A DNA stretch of 64,000 nt from an uncultured Alphaproteobacteria bacterium (lineage in GTDB: Bacteria; Pseudomonadota; Alphaproteobacteria; HIMB59; GCA-002718135). Made by a program: the position numbers and the translations under genes. This document shows, piece after piece, positions 28,738-39,448 of this stretch; position 1 is the first letter of the stretch; every line of letters begins with the position of its first letter. Below the pieces are notes generated by a model. It made no database searches and was not told where the DNA came from. It saw only the letters and a list, made by a program, of their open reading frames with translations. The stretch lies in the NCBI GenBank assembly GCA_902569865.1, contig CACFVT010000002.1, positions 4,638-68,637 on the forward strand. The letters run 5' to 3'.

Positions 28738-28980
28738 ATGGGGCGTTCTGTTGCCCGGTGCCCCAAACCGCGCTAGCCTAGAATCTAGGCAGCGATAGCT
28801 AATCTATTATCGTTAGCGTTTATAATAATTGCCCGATAACGGCGGTACAATGCCGAGCAAAGTCTTTATCTTTTAGTTAACGTCAAACCTATTTCGCCCC
28901 CATAGTTTTATGGTGGAGGCGCCGGGTACCGCCCCCGGGTCCGCACAACCTATTAAATAAAGCATTTATCGCTATAGTTG
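28738..28980 (-). ncRNA. ssrA: Two-piece (circularly permuted) tmRNA gene: acceptor piece, then coding piece
   Basis: Read on the minus strand. The acceptor piece ends ...CCGGGGGCGGTACCCGGCGCCTCCACCA (28911). A 9-nt spacer follows, then the coding piece starts GGGGGCGAAATAGGTTTGACG (28901). GGGGGCG pairs with CGCCUCC and includes the G3:U pair. The tag ORF GCT AAC GAT AAT AGA TTA GCT ATC GCT GCC TAG encodes ANDNRLAIAA* (28785-28817). The 5' boundary is approximate. Confidence 0.85.
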
Positions 28981-28996
28981 ATAAATCAACATCCCT

Positions 28997-29024
28997 TTTA
29001 TAAACCAAAGTTAACAATCAAGAA
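28997..29024 (-). promoter_or_regulatory. Candidate sigma70-type promoter for ssrA
   Basis: On the minus strand, TTCTTG (29019-29024), a 16-nt spacer, then TATAAA (28997-29002), just upstream of the acceptor piece. Pattern match only. Confidence 0.3.
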
Positions 29025-29101
29025 AGTTTTGAATTTTTAAATATAAATTACCTCAAAAATCTGTTGTTAACATTAGGTTTTAGTGAAATAAGATTTGTCA
29101 G

Positions 29102-29590
29102 ATGATTAAAGCAATAATGGCGGTTGATGATAACGGGGGTATTAGTAAAGATAGAAGTATGCCTTGGCCAAAAAATTCTAATGATTTGAAATGGTTTAAA
29201 AAAAATACTCTGAATCAGGTTGTTGTAATGGGAAGTAAAACTTGGGAAGACCCTTTTATGCAAACACCTTTAAAAGATAGAGAAAATGTTCTTATTACAA
29301 AGAAAGATCAATCCTTTTATCCTGGTGCAAATATCTATTTAAAAGATGATATTTTTAATGAAATTCTGAAATTAGAAAGAAAATATTCAAATAAAGATAT
29401 TTATATAATTGGTGGTCCAGATGTTATTAGGCAAACATTCGATTTATTTAAAGAGTTTTATTTAACCAGAATCTACGGTAATTTTAATTGTGATAAATTT
29501 ATTGATATCAAAAAGATTAGCAATACGATGAGTTTAATTCAAAAAATTGATTGTGATGAGACTTGTCACTTTGAAATTTGGAGAAAATGA
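29102..29590 (+). CDS. folA: Dihydrofolate reductase
   Basis: Contains IMAVDDNGGISKDRSMPW..DLKWFKKNTLNQVVVMGSKTWE...IYIIGG, the classic DHFR motifs. Confidence 0.85.
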   Translation: MIKAIMAVDDNGGISKDRSMPWPKNSNDLKWFKKNTLNQVVVMGSKTWEDPFMQTPLKDRENVLITKKDQSFYPGANIYLKDDIFNEILKLERKYSNKDIYIIGGPDVIRQTFDLFKEFYLTRIYGNFNCDKFIDIKKISNTMSLIQKIDCDETCHFEIWRK

Positions 29591-30417
29591 AAAATTATTT
29601 AAGTGCTTTAAAATATTGTTTTGAGAATGGAGATTTTGTTAAAAGTCGAGCTGGTAATGTAAAAAAAGCATTTGGGTATCAAATGCGATTTAATTTAGAG
29701 GATGGATTTCCTGCTGTTACAACAAAGAAGCTTGCATGGAAAGCTGTTGTATCAGAGTTATTATGGTTTTTAGAGGGCTCAAATGACGAGAGAAGACTTG
29801 CTGAAATTCAATATGAGGACATTAAAGCAAATTTAGAAGATAAAAAAACTATTTGGACTCAAAATGCAAATGCCGATTATTGGAAAAATAAATCAAAATT
29901 TAAAGGAGATGTTGGAAGAATATATGGAGTACAATGGAGAAACTTTAATGGAATTGATCAAATAGTTACATTGATAAAAGGTTTAAAGCAAAACCCTAAT
30001 AGCAGACGACATATCCTTACTGCTTGGAATCCTGCTGAGTTAGATGAAATGTCTCTACCTCCATGCCATGCTTTTTCGCAGTTTTATGTTTCTAATAACA
30101 AACTTAGTTGTCAACTATATCAACGTTCTTGTGATATGTTTTTAGGTGTTCCATTTAATATAGCTAGCTATAGTCTTTTAATTCATATTCTTGCTAAAGA
30201 ATGTGGATATCAAGTTGGGGAATTTATTCTTTCTTTAGGAGATTTCCATATTTATGAAGAACATTTTAATCAAGTAAAAATTCAATTAACAAGAGAGCCA
30301 AAGACAAATCCAAGCTTACAATTTAAACAAAAAAAAATTAATGAATACAATACTTCAGATTTTGAATTAATTAATTATGAATATCATCCTAAAATTTTGG
30401 CACCAATGAATGTTTAA
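29587..30417 (+). CDS. thyA: Thymidylate synthase ThyA (T4 td-like sequence features)
   Basis: Contains [22 protein letters not shown] (catalytic Cys), [18 protein letters not shown] and GDFHIY. Start chosen at MKNYL (ATGA overlap with the folA stop). An in-frame ATG also exists at 29578. Confidence 0.9.
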   Translation: [276 protein letters not shown]

Positions 30418-30425
30418 AATATAAA

Positions 30426-31454
30426 TTAAAATATCGATTTAGCTATTTCTAAATATTGTTTTGCAATATCACCATCTGGTTTATCAATACAAGCAGGTTT
30501 ACCTTCATCTGATTGAATTCTTAATTCTTTATCAATAGGAAGCGAACCCAGAAAAGGTATTTGAAAATTTTCTGCTTCTTTTTTTGCTCCGTCATTAGAA
30601 AAAATAAAATGTTTTTCTTCACAGTTGTCGCATATAAAATAACTCATATTTTCTACTAGTCCTAATATTGGTACATTGACTTTTTTAAACATATTTATAC
30701 CTTTACGAGCATCAGTTAGAGCAACATCTTGCGGAGTTGATATTATTATAGACCCTGATAGTTTTGAGTTTTGAGCAAGAGTTATTTGCGCATCACCTGT
30801 ACCTGGTGGAAGATCAATAATAAGGTAGTCTAATTGACCCCACTCAACACCATTAAACATTTGATCTAATGCCTTCATTATCATTGGTCCTCGCCAAATA
30901 GTTGGCGTTTCTTCACTGACAAGAAAACCAATTGACATGCATTTAATTCCATAACTCTCTAAAGGAATTAATTTTTTACCTTGACTTATTCTAGGTTTTC
31001 CTGAAATACCCATCATTCTTGGAACACTTGGTCCATAAATATCAGCATCTAAAATACCAACCTTTTTTCCTAACTCACTCATTGCAACTGCTAAATTAAC
31101 TGCAAAGGTTGATTTGCCCACCCCTCCTTTACCACTTGCAACAGCAATTATATCTTTTGAATCTATATTGAATCTACTCTGACTTTTTTTAGAGCTGCTT
31201 TCTTGATTTTCTGAAGTAAGGGCGATGTTTATAGATAGAATTTGTTCCAACTTCACCAATTCCTCTTTAAATATAGCTGCTAATTTTTGATAATCTTCTA
31301 GATATTGATGAGTAATTGATAAAATTATATTAACATTTCCATCCTTTTCAACTACTTGAATATTGGAATTTTTTTGATCTAGGGGATTATTGTTCATAGG
31401 ATCTTTATAATTTTTTGTAAATTCAAAGATTGATTGTAAAATTTTATCAGACAT
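30426..31454 (-). CDS. apbC: Fe-S cluster carrier ATPase Mrp/ApbC (NBP35 family)
   Basis: Contains IIAVASGKGGVGKSTFAVNLA, a CDNC-containing C-terminal part and an N-terminal DUF59-like region. Confidence 0.85.
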   Translation of the reverse strand: MSDKILQSIFEFTKNYKDPMNNNPLDQKNSNIQVVEKDGNVNIILSITHQYLEDYQKLAAIFKEELVKLEQILSINIALTSENQESSSKKSQSRFNIDSKDIIAVASGKGGVGKSTFAVNLAVAMSELGKKVGILDADIYGPSVPRMMGISGKPRISQGKKLIPLESYGIKCMSIGFLVSEETPTIWRGPMIMKALDQMFNGVEWGQLDYLIIDLPPGTGDAQITLAQNSKLSGSIIISTPQDVALTDARKGINMFKKVNVPILGLVENMSYFICDNCEEKHFIFSNDGAKKEAENFQIPFLGSLPIDKELRIQSDEGKPACIDKPDGDIAKQYLEIAKSIF

Positions 31455-31540
31455 ACTTGATTTTTTAATTTTTACCCAAATATAACTTAGTAATTAGTTT
31501 AAAAAATGATAGTACAATATTTCATTTTGCCTAATATTAT

Positions 31541-32638
31541 ATGAATTGGAATAAAAATAACAATGATAATAATCCATGGGGTTCTGGTGGGAACAGTAAT
31601 AATCCGTGGGGTGGTGGTGGATCCAATAATAACATGGATTTTGAAGAGTCTATTAAAAAAGCTCGAGATAGATTTGGTAAATTTAAAATTGGAGGACCAA
31701 GAAATATTTCACTTTTTATTTTAATTGGTTTTTTTATATGGCTTGCTACAGGATTCTATAGAGTCGAGCCAGATGAACAAGGCGTTGAACTACTATTTGG
31801 AAAATGGAATAATAAAACAACTGAACCTGGTCTTCATTATTTTTTTCCTTCTCCAATAGGACAAACAATTACTCCAAAAGTTGAAGTTATTAGAAAAATT
31901 AATATTGGTTTCAGAAGTGCAAGTGATTTAGGTTTTTCATCTAACACAAATGCTGAAAGAAAAGTAATTGAAGAAAGTTTAATGTTAACAGGTGATCAAA
32001 ACATTGCAGATGTTGCTTTTACCGTTTTATATAGAATAAAGGATGCCGGAAACTTTCTTTTTAAATTAAGAAATCCTGAACTTACTGTTAAGGATATGGC
32101 TGAGAGTGTTGTAAGAGAGGTCGTAGGGCAAAGAGATCTTCAATTCCTATTAACAGAAGGTAGGCAAGAAGTAGAGCAAGTTGTTCGAAATGGGCTTCAA
32201 GATGTTCTTGATAGCTATGAAAGTGGAGTGCTAATTCAATCAGTACAATTACAAAGTGTTGAACCACCTTCTCAAGTTATTGATGCTTTTGATGAAGTTC
32301 AAAGAGCTCGTCAGGACAAAGAAAGATTAGTTAACGAAGCAAACTCATATCTTAACAGGATTGTACCCAATGCTCGTGGTGAAGCTGCCAAATTAATTGA
32401 AAATGCAAGAGCTTACAAAGAGCAGGTTGTTAAACAAGCTGAGGGTGTAGCTCAAAATTTCATCGATGTTTATAATAGTTATAAAGATGCAAAAGAAGTA
32501 ACAAGAAGAAGAATATACCTTGAAACTTTAAGAGAGGTTCTGGAAGGAAAAAATAAAATTATTCTAGATGATGCTGGAGGGCAGGGTGTAGTTCCATATC
32601 TCCCATTAAACGAATTAAAAAAAGGAAACAGCAACTAA
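31541..32638 (+). CDS. hflK: FtsH protease modulator HflK
   Basis: N/G-rich N-terminus with PWG repeats, one transmembrane helix and an SPFH/band-7 domain. Immediately followed by hflC. Confidence 0.85.
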   Translation: MNWNKNNNDNNPWGSGGNSNNPWGGGGSNNNMDFEESIKKARDRFGKFKIGGPRNISLFILIGFFIWLATGFYRVEPDEQGVELLFGKWNNKTTEPGLHYFFPSPIGQTITPKVEVIRKINIGFRSASDLGFSSNTNAERKVIEESLMLTGDQNIADVAFTVLYRIKDAGNFLFKLRNPELTVKDMAESVVREVVGQRDLQFLLTEGRQEVEQVVRNGLQDVLDSYESGVLIQSVQLQSVEPPSQVIDAFDEVQRARQDKERLVNEANSYLNRIVPNARGEAAKLIENARAYKEQVVKQAEGVAQNFIDVYNSYKDAKEVTRRRIYLETLREVLEGKNKIILDDAGGQGVVPYLPLNELKKGNSN

Positions 32639-33513
32639 TGAAATTTACTCCTAGAAATATTATAATAATACTTTTGTTATTTATTGGTTTTCTGACATTT
32701 ACTGGTGCGTTTTTTATTGTTAATGAAACAAAACAGGCAATAGTTTTACAGTTTGGTGATCCTAGAAAAGTAATAACAAAACCAGGACTACAATTTAAGA
32801 TTCCATTTATTCAAGATGCAGTATTTTTAGACTCAAGACTCCTTAATCTTGACCCACAGCCTGAAGAAATGATTTTATCAGATCAAAAAAGAATTATAGT
32901 TGATTCATTCGCTAGATACAGAATTGTTAATCCTCTTAAATTCTTTCAAACAGTAAGAAATGAAGCGACATTTTCAGACAGATTTGGTAGAATTATTAAT
33001 GCATCTGTTAGGGGTGTAATTGCGCAATATTCTTTGACGTCTCTTTTAAGTAATGAAAGAATTAGCATAATGAACGAAATTCAAGACCAAATTTTATCAA
33101 ATGAAGAATCTTTTGGTGTTGAAATTATTGATATAAGAATTGGAAGAACAGACTTAACTGAACAAGTTTCTAATAACGTATATCAGCGAATGAGATCTGA
33201 AAGGGAGAAAGAAGCTAATCTTTTAAGGGCAGAAGGTGAAGAATTATCTAAAGAAATTGTAGCATCTGCAGATAGACAGCAAACTGTTATTATAGCTGAA
33301 GCAGAAAGAACTTCCTCGATTCTAAGAGGTGAAGGTGATGCCAGTAAAAATAAAATTCTTGCTGACGCCTATAGCCTTGATGAAGAATTTTTTGATTTTT
33401 TAAGAACTATGCAAGCTTGTAGGGATACATTTGGTGATACAGACATGTCAATGGTAATTGCTCCAGGACAAGTTTGTGAAAAGTTTTTTGGAGAAATTGA
33501 AATAGAAAACTAA
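32638..33513 (+). CDS. hflC: FtsH protease modulator HflC
   Basis: N-terminal transmembrane helix plus an SPFH domain, with an ATGA-type junction to hflK. Confidence 0.85.
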   Translation: MKFTPRNIIIILLLFIGFLTFTGAFFIVNETKQAIVLQFGDPRKVITKPGLQFKIPFIQDAVFLDSRLLNLDPQPEEMILSDQKRIIVDSFARYRIVNPLKFFQTVRNEATFSDRFGRIINASVRGVIAQYSLTSLLSNERISIMNEIQDQILSNEESFGVEIIDIRIGRTDLTEQVSNNVYQRMRSEREKEANLLRAEGEELSKEIVASADRQQTVIIAEAERTSSILRGEGDASKNKILADAYSLDEEFFDFLRTMQACRDTFGDTDMSMVIAPGQVCEKFFGEIEIEN

Positions 33514-33716
33514 TGCTGAAGTTACTCTTATTGGGTATAGGCTTACTTCTTTTCTTTGAAGGTTTACTATATTTTTTTCTAGCAGGTAATTTAAAATCTT
33601 TATTTGAACATTTATCCAAGGTTGATCCGCAAAAAATAAAGACTATATCTTTATTGATGCTAATACTTGGTGCATGCCTTATTTATTTCACTTTTAGATT
33701 TTATGGGGATCTTTAA
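33513..33716 (+). CDS. yjeT: DUF2065 small membrane protein (YjeT-like)
   Basis: A 67-aa protein with two transmembrane helices, in the same position downstream of hflC as E. coli yjeT. Confidence 0.6.
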   Translation: MLKLLLLGIGLLLFFEGLLYFFLAGNLKSLFEHLSKVDPQKIKTISLLMLILGACLIYFTFRFYGDL

Positions 33717-35110
33717 TGAGTAAAATACTATCTAGTCTTTTTATTTTATTTATCATAACATTTTCAACTTTATCACAGTCTCATCCAAGTAGTTTTGCTG
33801 ATTTGGTAGAAAATCTCTCACCTGCAGTAGTAAGTATTGCTTCTACAACAATTGTTGAAAATAATAATTCACAAAATCAAATGCCTCAATTTCCTGAAGG
33901 ATCACCATTTGATGAGTTTTTTAAAGATTACTTTGATAATGAAAGAAGAAACTCACCATCACAAAGACCTATGACAGGACTTGGCTCTGGTTTTATAATT
34001 AGCAAAGACGGTATTATAGTAACAAATAATCATGTAATTGAGGGAGCGGATGAAATAACAGTTATAATGTCAAATCAAAAAGAATTTACTGCAGAATTAT
34101 TAGGAAGAGATCCCAAAGCAGATTTAGCAGTTTTAAAAATAGATCCTGGCACAACTATACTTACAGCTGTTGAATGGGGTGACTCTGAATCTATGAGAGT
34201 GGGAGATTGGTCAATTGCAATAGGTAACCCTCTCGGATTCGGAGGTACTGTTACAGCAGGTATTATCTCAGCAATTTCAAGAGACTTAAGAGGTAGTAGT
34301 CCCTATGTAAAATTTTTACAAACTGATGCTTCTATAAATAGAGGAAATTCAGGAGGACCTCTTTTTAATATTGAAGGTAAGGTTATTGGTATCAATACGG
34401 CAATAATTTCACAGACTGGAGGTAGTATCGGTTTAGGTTTCGCAATACCTTCAAATAGCGCCAAAAAAATAGTTCAACAACTTAAAGATTTTGGAAGAAC
34501 AAAAAGAGGCTGGTTAGGAGTGCAAATTCAACCGGTTTCAAAAGATTTTGCAGAAAGTTTAGGTCTTGAAAATGAAAAAGGGGCATTTATTTCAAATGTA
34601 AATCCTAAAGGACCATCAAAGAAAGCGGGCATAGAAGCTGGTGATGTAATATTAAAGTTTAACGACATTGAAATTATCAAAATGACAGATTTACCCAGAG
34701 TTGTAGCAGAGGCTGACGTAGGGTCATTAGCTAAGGTTGAAGTTTGGCGTAAAAATAGAAAAATTATTATTCAAGTTGAGTTAGGTGAATTGCCTGAACA
34801 AACTTATGTTAAAAATAATTCACAAAAAAAAGAAAATAAATCAAAAGAAAAAATAATCACATCTTTAGGAATAGCAGTTATTGATAGCAAAGATTCTAAA
34901 GGTGTTTTGGTCAGTAAAGTAGATAATGACGACATCAGATTGCAAGAAGGTGATATTATTTTAGAAGTTAATCGAGAATTAATAGATTCATCAATATCTT
35001 TTATTTCCATTATTGAAAAATATAAAAAAACTGGAAGATCATCTCTTTTATTAAAAATTCAAAGAGAAGATGAAACGAGCTGGATAACAATTAAATTTAT
35101 TTCTAATTGA
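33716..35110 (+). CDS. degP: Periplasmic serine endoprotease DegP/HtrA family (two PDZ domains)
   Basis: Signal peptide, then TNNHV (His), DLAVLK (Asp) and GNSGGPL (Ser), followed by two PDZ-like regions. Confidence 0.85.
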   Translation: MSKILSSLFILFIITFSTLSQSHPSSFADLVENLSPAVVSIASTTIVENNNSQNQMPQFPEGSPFDEFFKDYFDNERRNSPSQRPMTGLGSGFIISKDGIIVTNNHVIEGADEITVIMSNQKEFTAELLGRDPKADLAVLKIDPGTTILTAVEWGDSESMRVGDWSIAIGNPLGFGGTVTAGIISAISRDLRGSSPYVKFLQTDASINRGNSGGPLFNIEGKVIGINTAIISQTGGSIGLGFAIPSNSAKKIVQQLKDFGRTKRGWLGVQIQPVSKDFAESLGLENEKGAFISNVNPKGPSKKAGIEAGDVILKFNDIEIIKMTDLPRVVAEADVGSLAKVEVWRKNRKIIIQVELGELPEQTYVKNNSQKKENKSKEKIITSLGIAVIDSKDSKGVLVSKVDNDDIRLQEGDIILEVNRELIDSSISFISIIEKYKKTGRSSLLLKIQREDETSWITIKFISN

Positions 35111-36024
35111 TAAAAACTATATACTTGATAGCTGGTCCAACCGCTTCTGGTAAATCTCAATTTTCAATTGATTTAGCAAAAAAAATAAATGGTGTTGTAA
35201 TAAATTCTGACAGTATGCAGGTTTATAAAAATTTAGAGATACTTACAGCGCGACCAAATAAAAAAGAAATGAAAAATATAGACCACTATTTGTATGGTTA
35301 TGTTAATGGGGTAGAGAGATACAATGTTGAAAAGTGGTGCAATGATGCTGCTAAAATTATTAACGAAACTTTTGAAAGAAATTCAATTCCAATATTAGTT
35401 GGGGGTACAGGTTTGTATGCTCATACATTAATTAATGGGTTAATTGATATTCCATCAATCCCAGAAAGTATTAAAAATGAATCAGAAAAAATAATTAAGG
35501 AATTTGGTAAAGATTTTTTAATAAATCAAATACAAAAATTTGATCCAAGATCCCTTAAAGAAGTAAATTCTAATGATACTGTAAGATTAAGAAGGATCTG
35601 GGAAGTATATGAGTCAACAGGTAAAAAATTTAGTGAATGGAAATTAAATGAAAATAAAAAATTTATAGAAAATTTAGATTTTAAAATAATTTTATTTTTG
35701 CCAAATAGAGAAAAAAATTATCAAATTGTTAATTCTCGATTTATAAAAATGATTAATGACGGAGCGATTGAAGAAGTTAAAAATTTATTAGATCTTAATC
35801 TAAATGATTCACTACCTGTAATGAGAGCTCATGGTGTTCCAGAAATAATAAAATTTTTAAGAAATGAAATTAGTTTAGAGGAGTGTATTAGCAAGGGACA
35901 ACAGGTCACGAGGAACTATGTAAAAAGGCAACATACCTGGTGGAATTCGACAAATTTAGATATTTTTCACCAATTTGATAAATTTCCTATCGAAATTGAT
36001 ATTAATTCTATTAAATTTGACTGA
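35107..36024 (+). CDS. miaA: tRNA dimethylallyltransferase
   Basis: TTG start. Contains IAGPTASGKS, DSMQVYK and GGTGLY. Confidence 0.85.
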   Translation: MIKTIYLIAGPTASGKSQFSIDLAKKINGVVINSDSMQVYKNLEILTARPNKKEMKNIDHYLYGYVNGVERYNVEKWCNDAAKIINETFERNSIPILVGGTGLYAHTLINGLIDIPSIPESIKNESEKIIKEFGKDFLINQIQKFDPRSLKEVNSNDTVRLRRIWEVYESTGKKFSEWKLNENKKFIENLDFKIILFLPNREKNYQIVNSRFIKMINDGAIEEVKNLLDLNLNDSLPVMRAHGVPEIIKFLRNEISLEECISKGQQVTRNYVKRQHTWWNSTNLDIFHQFDKFPIEIDINSIKFD

Positions 36025-36077
36025 TTTTAAACTAAATTATTGATTTTATTTTATCCACAGCCTATGAGATCTTGGCA

Positions 36078-37843
36078 ATGAAACAAGAAATGACAGGGGC
36101 AGAAATTGTATTGCAATCACTTGTAGATCAAGGGGTTGAGGTAGTATTTGGTTATCCTGGTGGTGCCGTTTTACCAATATATGATACCTTATTTAAACAA
36201 AATTCAATTAAACATGTTTTAGTGCGCCAAGAAGGTGGTGCAATTCATGCGGCTGAAGGATATGCACGCTCAACAGGAAAAGTTGGTGTAGTATTAGTTA
36301 CATCTGGTCCAGGGGCAACAAATGTAGTTACAGGTTTAACAGATGCTATGATGGATAGTATTCCAATTGTTTGTATCACTGGTCAAGTACCTCAGCATTT
36401 AATTGGAAGTGATGCATTTCAAGAATGTGACACTACAGGAATTACTAGACCTTGCACTAAACATAATTATTTAGTTAAAGATCCAAATAAATTATCACCT
36501 GTTTTTCATGAAGCTTTTACAATAGCTAAAGATGGAAGACCAGGCCCTGTTTTAATTGACATTCCAAAAGATGTTCAGTTTGCAAAAGGAAATTATACAC
36601 AAAAAGAAAAAATAATAATTCCATCACATAGATTATTTGAACCAGAAATTTTCAAGAATGATGAAAAAATTAATGAAGTTGTTAATTTAATATCAAAAGC
36701 AAAAAAACCTATTTTTTATATAGGTGGTGGATGTATTAACTCTGGACCAAAAGCTGCAGAGCTAGTTTCACAGTTTGTCGAAACGACAGGAGCACCAGCT
36801 ACCATGACGCTAATGGGCTTAGGTGTTCTTGGATCCTCTCATTCCAACTCGCTAGGAATGCTTGGGATGCACGGTATGTATGAAGCTAATATGGCGATGC
36901 ATGAATGTGATTTATTAATTAACATTGGAGCACGTTTTGATGATAGGGTAACAGGAAGACTTGATGCATTCTCTCCAAATTCTAAAAAAATTCATATTGA
37001 TATTGATGAGAGTAATATTAATAAAACAATAAAAGTTGATGTGCCAGTTGTTGGTGATGTTACAAGTATTTTAAAGAGAGTTATAAAGGTTTGGAAAGAA
37101 AATAATTTAAAAACAAATCAATCTGATCTGAAATTATGGTGGGATAAAATTAATAATTGGAAAAAAATAGATTGCTTGCATTTTACAAATAATGAAAAAG
37201 AAATAAAACCACAGTATGCTATCCAACGATTATATGAATTAACTAAAGATAAGAAAACATTTATCACTACAGAAGTTGGTCAACATCAAATGTGGGCTGC
37301 TCAGTATTATAAATTTGAAAAACCAAATAGATGGCTCACCTCAGGTGGATTGGGAACAATGGGATATGGTTTTCCAGCAGCTATTGGAGCACAAGTAGCT
37401 AATCCAGATGCATTGGTTATTGATGTAGCTGGTGATGCATCAATTCTTATGAATATTCAAGAAATGAGTACAGCTGTACAATATAGATTACCGGTAAAAA
37501 TTTTTATTCTTAACAATGAATATATGGGTATGGTAAGACAATGGCAGGAGCTTTTACATGGAGGTAGATATTCAGAAAGTTATACGGACAGTCTGCCAGA
37601 TTTTGTTAAGTTGGCAGAGAGTTATAAAGCTATTGGTCTTAGAGCAAAAAAACCTAAAGAGCTTGATGGTGTTATAAATGAAATGATTAATACAGATAAA
37701 ACGGTTATTGCTGATATCTGGGTAAGTAAAGAGGAAAATTGCTTCCCAATGATTCAGAGTGGTTCTGCTCATAATGAGATGGTTCTTAGTAAGGATCAAA
37801 AACAGGATAAACTCTCAGCTGAGAAGGGTAAAATTTTAGTATA

Positions 37844-37844
<1 letters not shown>
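36078..37844 (+). CDS. ilvB: Acetolactate synthase large subunit
   Basis: Contains GAEIVLQSLVDQGVEVVFGYPGGAVLPIYD, the ThDP motif GDASILMNIQE...NN and GLGTMGYG. An alternative TTG start lies at 36072. Confidence 0.9.
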
Positions 37845-39405
<1,561 letters not shown>

Positions 39406-39448
39406 ATGAAAGTTTTGTTATAGGTTTTTTAATGTATAATAGAAAAGA

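Noticed and set aside
25900-29100. Prophage, integrative element with recombinase, toxin-antitoxin or defence system next to tmRNA
   Set aside because: I could not recognise an integrase, transposase, nuclease, ATPase or toxin-antitoxin-like pair in any frame. Only att-like repeats and orphan genes are present, so no known system is claimed.
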